From NCBI RefSeq assembly GCF_009914755.1, contig NC_060948.1: a stretch of DNA of 64,000 nucleotides, one strand, 5' to 3'. Shown piece by piece: positions 13,286 through 27,604 of this stretch. Made by a program: the position numbers and the translations under genes. Source of the DNA: the human T2T-CHM13v2.0 reference genome, Homo sapiens. Positions within the stretch are counted from its first letter, which is position 1, and the number at the start of each line of letters is the position of its first letter. The notes beneath the pieces were generated by a model. It was not told the origin of the DNA, ran no database searches, and saw only the letters and a program-made list of their open reading frames with translations.

Positions 13286-15384
13286 TTTTCCCCAGACCAG
13301 AGAATAACACTGGAATGAATGGTATTATAGAATTTCTGCAGTTAAATCCATTTACTTTTTTATTATTGATATTTATCAGGTTTATGGAAAAGGAGAGGAA
13401 GTGTCCATGTAGCATGTTACTATGCATGCCATTTAGTCTACCACTGAATTACTAAAATAACTGAACTTGTGATCCCACTCATTACTCATTCTTTGATTTA
13501 TGATCAATCAATTTAATTAATACAATTATTACTTACCATTCAGACCACAGTAAGACACATTGCATGGATATAGTCTTAGAGTAATTAACTACTCAAATAA
13601 ATCTGTTAAGATGCAAACAATGGTTAATGATCTTTGAATTTCAATTATTAAACTTCTTGATTCAATGCAAGTCAGAGAGTTGTGTTTCCTTATAACAACA
13701 AAAAATAAAAATATATGGTCACTGAAAAAAATAGATGTATAGTCAAGTTAAAAAAGAAAAAGAAACTAAAAATCACTCAAAATATCACTTCCCTGGGGCA
13801 ATCAACAACAATATTTAGCAGTATTTTTTTTATTTCTTATCTGCTTATAAAATACTTTAAAAAATGGATTCTACTGTAGGTGATTTTGTGAGTTTATTTC
13901 TTCTTTCTTAGTAAACTTATGGATAACTTTTGTGTCTATACAGAACTCCATTATCATTTTAAATGAGCGTAACGTGTTCCATCATATGCATTTTGCACAT
14001 TTCTTTAACAAACTCCTATTTGAGGATAATTTGTCTATTCCCAAAAAATTTAAAAATTCCCAAAATGTTCTTAAAACTTGTTATACAGTTTGCCAAAAAA
14101 GAACTATAATTAAAAGAATGCCCCCAATATGTAATTTTTAAAATAAACAAGTAGATTTTTTATATTGATAATGAGAAGAGAATATAGATGATCATGATCG
14201 TTTTGATTTCAGAAAAAAACAAAGATGTTTCAAAAGAGTCTTCCCAAAGAGTAGGTGAAGAATGAGCAGAGACACTGACAGTCATCCCCACAGACATCCT
14301 TTGAAATCACTAAAATGAATCATCCTAGGAATGGGAGCACCCTCTGTTTATAGAGATTTTGTCATAAAAATGTCAATATGGAGATATTGAACCTAATGTC
14401 AGAGTAAGATTAAATATGGAGTAGAAGATTCAGTTGTAGAAAAAAGTGTAGGTTCCAAGATTATGATTAAGTTTGCCCTTAGATAGGGGCACAGAACTGG
14501 TAGTTCAGCTAGAAGCCATAATTTCTCATGAGATTTTCCACGTCCCATGATATTGCAATGCTGGATTTCGTTCTTCAGGGGAGAAATTCCTGTGACCCTG
14601 AGGTTTAAGGTTTGGCATAGAGCAAACTGTACATGCTCAGAGTTCACTCTTTTTCCCTTCAATTACATTATTCCTCTATGAAGTATCCTTTTACTCTTCT
14701 TTTCACAGTAAGTATTCAAGCTTGATGAATACACACACAGACAACGGTCATCATGCTTCCTTGCTTTATAGACTATACTCATACTTAGTCTTTTGCTTTA
14801 AAATACCACTACTTAAATTATTTTATAAAAAACTTAAAGATTTAAATGGTTAACTTCATATGAAACAAATATGTCTAATATGATGAAACTTACATAAGAT
14901 TTGTGTTTGATGCATTTGATTTCTTCTGCTATTTGTTAAAAGGAAGGATATATTTCAAATAAAAATGTCTTCTTCTGTAACAAATAATAATCTAAAATTG
15001 AATCATCTCATAGAATATTAAAACTTCATGTGCCAGTAAACAAAATATAACATAATCTTTAATAAATCATTATATAATATGATTTCAGCAATTATAGTAT
15101 TGTGTCCCAAAACTTTCACTAAAAGCAGTCAAAAACTAGCATTTATAAAAGTTAGAAAACAATGGACAGAATTCTGTTATATTTACATATCTAAATAATG
15201 TTATAATTAAAATGCAGAATAACAATAGGCAGTATTAAAGTTTTTTCCTCGTTTATTCAAGATCTGTATCTTCAGGCTACATATTTTTATTGCTAAAAGT
15301 CCTTTTCTGAAGACGAATACATTTTACCCCATCAGTCATTTTTAACTTTACATTAGGAGAGACATCCTCTAGGAGCTGCTTATA

Positions 15385-15555
15385 AGCTTTGGAGTTAGAT
15401 TAGACTTAGACTTGGAAAATACATTTGAAGTTCTCTGAATCTTACTTTTTTTTCATTAAAAAAAACCTCTAGCTTCATGCTTCATGACAGGGTTCCCGTG
15501 AAAAATAAAGTCTGATTAAATAACATAATGCAACTATACAGCAAGCACAGCGTAT
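15385..15555 (+). mobile_element. MIR fragment
   Basis: CTTTGGAGTTAGA...TTCTCTGAATCTTA...CAGGGTT...ATTAAAT core-SINE-like motifs. Confidence 0.45.
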
Positions 15556-17153
15556 AATTCATCAGTCTACTATGCTGTTTCCTTCATATTCTTTATAGTT
15601 ATACATAAAATACATAGAAAAGGAACATGCCAAGTAGTCTACGCTCCCTTGACACACAGTCCCCACACCAAGCCATTTCAGCAGCTCAGTTAAACTACTG
15701 GAATCGTGGAATTGCTTGACACCTTTTAAAAACCGATGCAGGTTTCTAATTGAAAAATATATTCTCTTCATCTTTTAAACAAACCTAATGGGGCTTGAGA
15801 TTAAAACTCTGCTGAACAGTATAAAATTCTATATCATGACAAATACATTCCAAGAAAGTGATAGATTGTGAAGAATATAATTTTTTATGATGTCTCAAAA
15901 TAAAATTATTTCTTTCAATCACTTGTAAAACATATTGGGTTTTCAAGTACAATTATGTATACACATGTATGTATATGTTTGTGTGTATTACATATATTTT
16001 TCCCTTATTATTGATCATGAGTCTGTATTTTATATTCATATATTACTACTATGAATAACAAGATCTGTCTTCTTTGATCTGAAATATCTACATAAGGATA
16101 TTACTTTGATTTCTGCCTGATTTTCAATGCATGAAAGATAAAATAAAATAACTATTAGATTTAATCAAATTATAAAAGGTTTGCCATCTATATTTCAATT
16201 GTTCTAACTTACAATTTATAAAAAGTATTAGAGATATATATGTACTGAGTTTCAAACTTTAACTTCCTCTGGTTTAAAAAATATAAAGCATGTCCATGAC
16301 GAGAAGTTAAGCTCTGCTCTCATTTAAATAAAATAATTCAATTATCATTTGTTTTGCATCCTACCACAAAATCACATTAAAAGTATGCTGCAATATTACT
16401 TCAAATTAATTTATACTAACCAGTGTAATATTCAAGAAGGGTATACAATCTAGTTACTAAACAAAATTCCTTTAGTACAATGATTGCTTCAGTGAAATAT
16501 CTATTTAAAGCCTAGAGTTGCATTAAATAACAAGATGAATAAAAAAAATTATGTGACAAAATGCGTGTCAACAATATAAAGTAAGGCAGGCTTTATTTGT
16601 TTTAAACCTGAAATAATCCTGAGATACGTGTCAACATTAGAACCATCATTAATTAATATTTTAAAAAGATAACTATACAGAAATGCATGAAGTAGATTAC
16701 TCATTATCCTTTCATATAAATATTACCATTTGTTTCTTACACATTCAATGAAAAACATGCAGTAAGGGGTCTGCTTTATTGTCAATGTGATAATTTTACA
16801 AACAATTGAAATAAAAATTGTAAATGAAAACAAGGGAACATACAGATAATGTAATATATTGGCTGTCAGTGTATTATAATATATACATTTGGACAGTTAT
16901 CGACTTTTTGAAAGTTTCAAATTAGTAAATAATGGATTCATAACATTCTTATCACTTATCAAAAGAACACTTATGGATTCATATTGATTTATATTTATAA
17001 TTATATGTATGCAGCTAAAATTTTAGAGGGAAAATATTATTCCCAATATACCTTATTAATAAATATGCAAAGGTCTATTATGTGATGGTATAATGTAATC
17101 ACTGTAGGTAGTCTGACACAATATGCAAATTACCTTGCCTTTTGAGGAATTCT

Positions 17154-17441
17154 GTTTTTTTTAGACAGAGTCTTGCTCAGTTGCCCAGGCTGGAATGCAG
17201 TGGCGCCATCTCGGCTCACTGAAAGTTCCGCCTCCCAGGTTCATGCCATCCTCCTCCCTCAGCCTCCCAAGTAGCTGGGACTATAGGTGCCCGCCACCAC
17301 GACCGGCTAATTTTTTGTATTTTTAGTAGAGACAGGGTTTCACCACGTTAGCCAGGATGGTCTCGATCTCCTGACCTTGTGTTCTGCCCGCCTCGGCCTC
17401 CCAAAGTGCTGGGATTACAGGCTTGAGCCACCGCAGCCGGC
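17154..17441 (-). mobile_element. AluY-like SINE
   Basis: Full reverse Alu; TSD TGAGGAATTCT at 17143-17153 and 17442-17452. Confidence 0.95.
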
Positions 17442-17491
17442 TGAGGAATTCTTTATCAGAGATACTAAGGAGGTATAATTAAAACTCTGTG

Positions 17492-17800
17492 GGCTGGGCA
17501 CAGTGGCTCATCCTTGTAATACCAGCACTTTGGGATGCCAAAGAGGGAGGACTGCTTGAGCCCAGGAGTTCGAGGCTTTATCACTACAAAAAGTAAGAAA
17601 ATTAGCTGAGCATGGCAGAATGTACCCGTGGTCCCAGCTACTTAGGAGGCTGAGGTGGGAGAACTCGCTTGAGCCCAGGAGGCCAGGGCTGTAGTGAGTC
17701 CTGTTCATGCCACTACATTTCAGCCTGGGTGACAGAGTGAAACTCTGTCTCAAAAATAATAAAAATAAAAATTAAAAATAATTAAAATTAAAAATTAAAC
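17492..17800 (+). mobile_element. AluJ-like SINE with internal deletion in the left arm
   Basis: GCTTGAGCCCAGGAG in both arms (AluJ type); A-rich tail. Confidence 0.9.
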
Positions 17801-17836
17801 TAATAAAACAGCACAACGTTTTATTAATAGTTTCTG

Positions 17837-17887
17837 GAGATCCCGCCACTGCACTCCAGCCTGGGCGACAGAGCGAAACTCCGTCTC

Positions 17888-17916
<29 letters not shown>
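17837..17916 (+). mobile_element. 5'-truncated AluYa5-type insertion
   Basis: GAGATCCCGCCACTGCACTCCAGCCTGGGCGACAGAGCG carries the Ya5 diagnostic C; all CpGs intact; pure A29; 14-bp TSD AATAGTTTCTGGAG at 17826-17839 and 17915-17928. Confidence 0.9.
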
Positions 17917-17918
<2 letters not shown>

Positions 17919-19605
17919 GTTTCTGGAGGCAACTGTTGTGCATATATTGACTCTCACAGGATATGTCCTATGATCCACGGAAAGCTGCACATCTCTCAAA
18001 TCTTAGTACATGTTAATCTTATTTAACATTAAATGATATTTTTAATTATAGGCCTTAGGCATAATATGTGATTATCAAAATAAAAAAGAAATCCATCATA
18101 TTTACAGAGAATTTTAGCAGTAAAAGATGAATTACAAGAGGATATAGGTTTCATTCTCACTTAACAAGAAACTCTAATCAACTAACCTAGAGCTTTGAGA
18201 TTTAAAAGTAACTGAAATTTTATTATTTTATACATTTTATTCTCACCTGTATTTTCCAAGTAACTGAAGAAGAAACATTCACTAACCAATATTACATTTC
18301 TATGCTGATTTTCCAGATAAAGTTAACATTTAACAATTTTTTACAGCATAATACTAAACAAATATAAATAGTTTAAATAAGCTAGATTAATTAAAATACT
18401 TTTTACGTTACCCAATATTTATTTCAGATGTAGTTAAATTATAAACATCAAAATATTGCAGAAAATCAAACTGCTACTCAACCCACTAACTTGATAGATA
18501 AACATATAAAGTAATTTCATTACAAACGAGCATTTTAATTCTGTCTTTCCCTTCTGCTTTCCAAAATAAACTTTGTATAATTGATTGATGTCAGATACTG
18601 TGATGGTGTAAGTAGAGGAGGGAATAAATGGCCTTAGAAAAATGGGGCAAAAAAATATGAAACTCAGGTATCACAGAAATGTAATACACTTACTCTTTCA
18701 TATTTTTGTGACCTTTTGAAACATCAACACATTGAAAAAATACTCATCTGTTTCCTATTTTAAAATTACATTATTTAAGGATGTGCAAATTTGTCTAAGG
18801 ATAAGGCTGTAATGAAATCCTATCTTCTCTTAGTTAATAGATATTCAATCAATAACCAATGGAAGCAGGAGGATTCCTTTAAATAATTTATTAGGCCTTT
18901 CTGTTTCATATCCTTGAAACATAAATTAGTGTTGCTTGATTACATGACCCTCTGAATTACAACATGAGACTATTCTATTTAGAAAAAGCTTTCTCTTTTA
19001 TATTCCTTTTGATCTTATTATTTTCCCCCATTTTTGACCTCTAACTTTCAGACAAAAAGAATCTACAAAATTGGATTGGACATATGAAATTATATCAGAG
19101 CAATACATATCTACTTGGTGCTCATCATAGTATAAAAATTGATACATTTTTCAGTAAAATTTTAAACTAAAATCCTTGAGTTTGAACTGACAAAGTTTCT
19201 CATTTCCTTGCAAATAAATGCCCTGTCAAAAATCTAAATTTTATATAAAACAGGAAGTGATGGAGGAAAGTATTTTTTTATTTATTTACAATTATTCTAT
19301 AAAATACAAATATGTGTATGTGTGTGTTTTAGTGATACATATATATCAGGAACTTGGCTAGAACCTTAAGCTAAAAGCTGGAATGTCATACTAATTTTGT
19401 TTAATTTAAAAGCAAACATTTATTTTGTATAGCAACCAAAGAGAAAACCAAAGAAGCCCAGTGGATCAAATTCAGCCATCACTGACTATAGTTTCCCTAA
19501 GACTCTTGAAATGGAAAAGTAGCATATACTGAGCACCAAAGTAATATCTGATATATTCAAATTTCTGATAGGCTACCTATGTATATATTCTGCCAATAAA
19601 TAAAC

Positions 19606-20178
19606 TGTGTGACAAACAGACTCTAATGTAGCCCTACATGGTCTCTGGCTTCTGGTGTTTACATCCTAGTGTAATTCCTACTCCTTGAATATGGATGGGA
19701 CCCATGTCTTGCTTCTAAACAAAAAAATTTGGCAAAAGTGATGGTATTTCACTCACCACATTACATTAGGCTCCATATTCCTAGCAGACCTGCTAGCTTG
19801 ATAAAGAAAGTGGTCATGTTGGAAAGGCTCACATGGCAAGGAAGCGTGAACAGCCTCTAGGTAGTATGGGAAGCCTCTAGCGTCTAAGGATAGCTATGAA
19901 TGATCAGCAAGAATCTGAAGCCCTTATTCCTACAAAAGTGAAGAAATGAATTCTGACAACAGCCTGAGTGAGCTTGGAAGTGGATTTTCCCAATTCAGGT
20001 CTCCAGATGTAAACTTTTCCCAGATGATAATTTTCACTTTTGCAGAACCCTAAAGGGAGTGCCTACTACACAATGCTGAGACCCCGATTCACACAAATTG
20101 TGAGCAAATAAATGTGCGCTGTGTTTACCCACAAAGTATGTGATTATTTCTTATGCAGCAATATAAATTAATATAAAC
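19606..20178 (+). mobile_element. MaLR solo LTR (MLT1E-like)
   Basis: CAGACTCTAA...CACATGGCAAGGAA...TGAGTGAGCTTGGAAGTGGAT...AATAAATGTG...TTATGCAGCAATA. Confidence 0.75.
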
Positions 20179-20446
20179 ACTTAATGAAATAAAGACAAAA
20201 TTTCAATAATGCTGACTTTGGGCAAAATATTAAGCATCTTCATGTTCCTGTTCTATGACAAGAGTTAAATGTTTTACTCATGCCCTAAAAAGGCATCTAT
20301 GGATTCTAGTCCAACATTAATTTACATAAATTTCTTTTTTTTAACTTTTATGTTCAGGGGTACATGTACAGTTTTGTTATATAGGTAAACTTGTATTATG
20401 GGGGTTTGCTGTACAGATTATTTTGTCACCCAGGTAGTAAGCCTAG

Positions 20447-20824
<378 letters not shown>

Positions 20825-21740
20825 TGTGTTGTTCCCCTTTATGTGTCCATGTGTTCTCATCATGTAGTTCCCAATTATAAGTGAGAACATGTGGTATTTG
20901 GTTTTTTATTCCTGCATTAGTTTGGTATAAATAATGGCCTCCAGCTTCATCCATGTTCCTGTAAAAGGCATGGTCTCAAGCGTTTTTATTTCTGAACAGT
21001 ATATCATGGTATATATGTACTACATTTCCTTTATCCAGTCTACCATTGATAGGCATTTAGGTTGATTCTATGTCTTTGCTATTGTGAATAGTGTAACAAT
21101 GAACTTACGTGTGCATGTGTCTTTATGATAGAATGGTTTATATTCCTTTAGGTATACACACAGTAATGGGATTGCTGGGCCTAATAATATTAATGGTTTT
21201 GGGTCTTTGAGGAATCACCACACTGTCTTCCATAATGGCTGAACTAATTTACACTCCCAACAACAGTGTATAATATGTATTCCTTTTTCTCTGCAACCTC
21301 GCCAGCATCTGTTATTTTTTGACTTTCACTAGCCATTCTGACATGGGACATAGAATCTTGTGATATTCATTTGCAATTCTCTAATTATCAGTGATATTGA
21401 GCTTCTTTTTATATGATTCTTGGCTGTATGTCTTCTTTTGAAAAGTGTCTGTTCATGTACTTTGCCTACTTTTTTATGAGGTTGTTAGTTTTTTCTTATA
21501 AATTTATTTAAGTTCCTTATAGATATTGGCTATTAGACTTTATCAGATGCATAATTTTCAAAAATTTTATCCTATTCTGTAGACTGTTTACTGTGTTGAT
21601 AGCTTCCTTTGCTGGGCAGAAGCTATTTAGTTTAATTAGATCCCATTTGTCAATTTTTGCTTATATTACAATTGCTTTGGTATCTTCATCATGAAATCTT
21701 TGCCCATGTCAACATCCTGAATGGTATTGTCTAAGTTTTA

Positions 21741-21863
<123 letters not shown>

Positions 21864-22247
21864 CTAGCAGCATTTATTGAATAGGGAATTCTTTCCTCAT
21901 TGCTTGTTTTTGTCAGATTTGTCAATGATCTGATAGTTACAGGCTCATGTTCGTATTTCTGGGTTCTCTATTCTGTTCCATTGGCATTTGTGTCTGTTTT
22001 TATACCAGTACCATGATATTTTGGTTACTGTAGCCCTGTAGTATATTTTGAAGTCAGGTACTGTGATGTTTCCAGTTTTGTCCTTTTTATTAGGATTTTC
22101 TTGGCTATTCAGGCTCTTTTGTTCATTCCATATGAATTTTAAAATAGATTTTTTCTAATTTGGTGAAGAAAGTTAAGAGTAGTTTAATGGGAGTATCATT
22201 GAATCTGTAAATTGCTTTGGGTGGTATGGCCATTTTAACGATATTGA

Positions 22248-22597
<350 letters not shown>

Positions 22598-22676
22598 CAT
22601 CTCTGATTTCTTTGAGCAGTGGTATGTAGTTCTCCTTGTGGAGATCTTTTGCCTCCCTAGTTTGCTGTATTCCTAG

Positions 22677-23195
<519 letters not shown>

Positions 23196-24277
23196 TGAAC
23201 TTCCTCTATTCCTATTTGGCTGCCCTTTCTTTCTTTCTTTTGCCTGATTGCGCTGGTCAGGATATCTAACACTATGTTGACTAGTATTTGTGAGAGAGGG
23301 CATTCTTGTCTTATGCTCGTTTTCAACGGGAATGCATCCAGGTTTTGCCCATTTAGTATGATTTTGGCTGTGGGTTTTTCATAGATGGCTCTTATTATTT
23401 TGAAGTATTTTTCTTCAATACCTAGTTTGTTGTGAGTTTTTAACATTAATGGATGTTGAATTTTATCAAGTCTTTTTTTCATTTATTGAGATAATCGTCT
23501 GTTTTTTGTCTTTAGTTCTATTTATGTGATGAATCACATTTATTGATTTGCACATGTTGAATCAACCTTGCATCCTGGGGAAAAAGCCTCCTTGATCATG
23601 GTGGATAAGCTTTTTGATGTGCAGCTGTATTTGGTTTGCCATTATTTTGTTGCAGATTTTTGCATTGATTTTCGCATTGATTTTCATCATGAACATTGGC
23701 CTGAAGTTTTCATTTTTTGTTGTGTCTCTGCCAGGTTTTGGTATCAGCATGATCCTGGGCACATAGAATGCTTTAGAGAGGAGTCACTCCTCCTCAATTT
23801 CTTGTAATAGTTTTAGCAGGAATGGTACCAAATCTTTGTACATCTGGCAGAATTCAGCTGTGAATCTGTCTCGTTCTTGGCTTTTTTTGGTTGGTAGGCT
23901 ATTTATTTCCTACTCAATTTCAGAGCTTGTTATTAGTCTGTTCGGGGTTCGATTTCTTATTGGTTAATCTTGGGAGGCTGTATGTGTCCAGGAATTTATC
24001 CATTTCTTCTAGATTTTCTATTTTGTGTTCATAGAGGTGTTTATAATACTCTCTGATGGTTATTTGCATTTCTGTGAGGTCAGTGTTATTATCCCACTTG
24101 TCATTTCTGACTATGTTTATTGTTTATTTGAATCCTCTCTCTTTTCTTCTTTATGAGTCTAGCTAGTAGTCTATTTTATTTTATTTTTCAAAAAACCCAG
24201 CTCTTGGTTTGTTGATCTTTTGAAGTTTTTTGTGTTCATCACTATCTCCTTCAGTTTAGCTCTGATTTTGGTTATTT

Positions 24278-24585
24278 ATTTTTATTTTTATTTTTTATTT
24301 TTTGAGACAGAGTCTTGCTCTGTCACCCAGGCTGTAATGCAGTGGCACAATCTCAGCTCAGTGCACCCTCTGACTTCCAGATTCAAGTGATTCTCTTGCT
24401 TCAGCCTCCTGCATGGCTGGCACTGCAGGCACGTGCCACCACCTCTAGTTTATTTTTTTATTTTTAGTAGAGATGCAGTTTCACCATGTTGCCCAGGCTG
24501 TTCTCAAACTCCTGACCTCAAGTGATCTGCCTGTCTTGGCCTCCCAAAGTGCTGGTATTACAGGTGAGAGCTACAGCACCCAGCC
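24278..24585 (-). mobile_element. AluS/J-like SINE nested in L1
   Basis: Full reverse Alu with (TTTTTA)n tail. Confidence 0.93.
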
Positions 24586-24601
24586 TTCATTTTGGTGATT
24601 T

Positions 24602-24913
24602 TTTATTTTTTTATTTTTTATTTTTATTTTTTGAGACAGAGTGTAACTTGGTTACCCAGGCTGGAGTGTAGTGGCATGTTCTTGGCTCACTACAACCTCC
24701 ATCTCCTGGGTTCAAGCAATTCTTGTGCCTCAGGGTCTCAAGTATCTGGGATTACAGGTGTGCACCACCACATCTGGCTAATTTTTGTATTGTTAGTACA
24801 GATGGGGTGTCACGATGTTGACCAGGCTGGTCTCAAACTCCTAAGCTCTAGTGATCAGCCCGCATCGTCCTCCAAAGTGCTGGGATTACATACACTAGCC
24901 ACCGTACCCAGCC
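24602..24913 (-). mobile_element. AluS/J-like SINE nested in L1, in tandem with the previous Alu
   Basis: Full reverse Alu; L1 resumes at 24914. Confidence 0.93.
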
Positions 24914-25067
24914 GATTTTAGTTATTTCTTGCCTTCTGCTATCTTTGAAATTTGTTTGCTCTTGGATCTCTAGCTATTTTAGGTTTTTAAATTGAGTTCC
25001 TTCTAACTTCTTGATGTGGGCATTTAGTACTATAAATTTCCTCTTAACTCTGGGTTAGCTTTTTCTA

Positions 25068-25163
<96 letters not shown>

Positions 25164-26824
25164 TTATTATTTACCCCAAATTCATTCAGGAGTAGGTTAT
25201 TCCATTTCTATGTAATTGCATGGTTTTGAGTGAATTCTCTTATTCTTATTTTTAATTTCTAATTTGATTGTATTGTGGTCCAAGTGATTGTTTTGATTTC
25301 AGTTCTTTTGCATTTGCTGAGGAGTGTTTTACTTCAAATTATTAAAATTCATTAAAATTAATATCGATTTTAGAGTATGTGCCATGTGGCAATGAGAAGA
25401 ATGTATATTCTGCTGCTTTTGGGTGGAAAGTTCTGTAGATATCTATGAGGTCCATTTGATCCAGTGCTGAGTTCAGATGTTGAATATATGTGTTAATTAC
25501 CTGTCTTGATGATCTGCCTAATCTTTTCTGTCAGTGGGGTGTTAAAGTTTCCCACTATTACTGTGTGGGAGTCTAAATCTCTTTGAAGGTCTCTAAGAAC
25601 TTGGTTTATGTATCTGGGTGCTCCTGTGTTAGGTGCACATATATTTATAATAGTTAGATTTTCCTGTTTAATTGAATCATTTATTATTATGTGATGCTTT
25701 TATTTATCTTTTTTGATCTTTGTTGGTTTAAATTATGTTTTGTCCAAAACATGATTATACCAGCTGAGAGGTAAGCTCAACTGTTAGCTTCCCCTCCTGA
25801 TAAACTCAAAAGACTGCTTGGTTGTATGATTACTGTTGATCATCCTTATTGGAGAAAAAAAAACAAAAAGCCAAAAAAAAAAAAAAAAACCAAACAACAA
25901 CAACCCAAGACTGACACTCTTTGGACTATTTGCAGTGTTCCTTATTCATGCCAATATTATTTTATGAGAATACTTGGACAATTCTTAATATAATCTTCTG
26001 GATAAAATCAATGCAAAGATCCAAAATGATGCACAAAATGGAACTTTTAAAAATTATTATATCATGTTAATTTCTCACATTATAGAGTTGGTTATTTTTA
26101 GAGATCTGTTAAAGCTGTAATAAAAGAAAATACAGACTAACGTAATAGCAACTGTGTAGGTCTTTGTCACTTATCTAGATGGCACTTTGCTGAAGTTGCA
26201 GTTATTACATAAATATATACATTTTTGTACTGGATCAAATCTGAAGAATTGGCCCTAATTTAAAAAGTAAATACCTCTATTTTCTGCTGTTGTGAAGAGC
26301 AGTTGGCTGTTTCTCAGTCTCTACAATATTCCCACAGGACAAGGACATTTATAAGTATTTCTATAATAGGCACATATTCACATAATAATTTGAGAAGTGG
26401 GAATTTCAGAAGACTAATTTGTTTCTCTGAGGTTCAGGTGAATTTTACTAGTAAGTTGCATTTCTACAAAACTACAGAGAAGTCTTAACATGTTCATCTA
26501 TAAACAACTACAAAAATGCAAGCTACTTTGTGGATCACAGAAGAAATTAGCAGATTTTTTAAGTAACCTATGTGTCACTTCAATTATTCTTTTTTTGGTG
26601 AATATTTTACAGTGAAAAAGCCCCAGTCTTTGAGACTAAGTCAGCAAAACTATCCTAATGATGATCACCTCAATCTATGCTATACTTGGGAAAAGCATTA
26701 TCTACTGTACTATGATTTATTGCTGTGCTTTGAGTCATTTCTTTGCATAGTTAAGCTGCTACCAATTGTTTCAGCATAGGAATGGCTTCCAAGAATATAT
26801 CTGAAGTATGTTGTGACAACTCAC

Positions 26825-27032
26825 CTGGCATGGTGGCAAGAAGGAGCAGAGAAAGATGTTCTATAGTAATATGAACATGTTCCACAACACTGGAAGAATA
26901 TGGATAGTAGAGAAGAAAAAAACTTGTGAAATGCAGAAATTTGTGTGAAGTCCCTTGTGTCGTGTATCTCAATATATTGAATCATGTCTTTATATACTGA
27001 GGATATCTTGTCCTGATGAATTCTGGTGATCC
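26825..27032 (-). other. Candidate internal exon (208 nt), unverified
   Basis: Minus-strand acceptor TGTTCTTTCTACCATTTTTTTTCAG|G and donor CAG|GTGAGT in non-repeat sequence. Confidence 0.3.
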
Positions 27033-27604
27033 CTGAAAAAAAATGGTAGAAAGAACATACTAAAAATTAAAGAAAAGATAAATTTTGAATAGAGGAAATG
27101 AAGTTTTTTTGTTGTCCAAATTAATATGAAGGAGGGAATCAAATAAACATAACGAAGAAGATTCATTTTTTGCTCCTTTTATATGAAATGCTGATATCTT
27201 TGACACTAATCAAAACTCAGCTCTACAATGAAGATTAGAAGACAAGCTGTGTGTCTTCAATTTAAAGGAATTTACAAATACTGTACAGGAAAACTTGAAA
27301 TGCCATGAAATCTTATAGCTCATGAATATAATTCAATACAGGTTTCACCCAAATTGACAAAAATTCTAAATGTTTACTCAGCCTTAAAATAAACAGGTCT
27401 TGAAGCTAAAACAAACTTTCAAAAAATATCCATAATGTAAAAACTAATTTTAATCAACCATGTTACAAGGAGACTTATTTGTCTTTCTAATGTTTCTATA
27501 CAAAATGTTGTTCAAATATGATTTTTCTATGAAGAGTCAAAGAGTATGGCATTGTTTCTGAATATGCTAATTTTCTTCTATTTTGATACTTGTGTTATTT
27601 GTAG

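Noticed and set aside
17420-17432. GGCTTGAGCC in the AluY as an Old World monkey diagnostic
   Set aside because: A single substitution at a mutable CpG site in one copy; other AluY copies lack it, and the Ya5-type insertion favours human
18241-18280. 17-nt minus-strand microexon (TTCTTCTTCAG|...CAG|GTGAGA)
   Set aside because: Frame-disrupting length, no supporting context, and expected by chance in 64 kb
26170-26190. CTCF-like motif TATCTAGATGGCACT
   Set aside because: The 5' half of the motif matches poorly; cannot be supported without ChIP data
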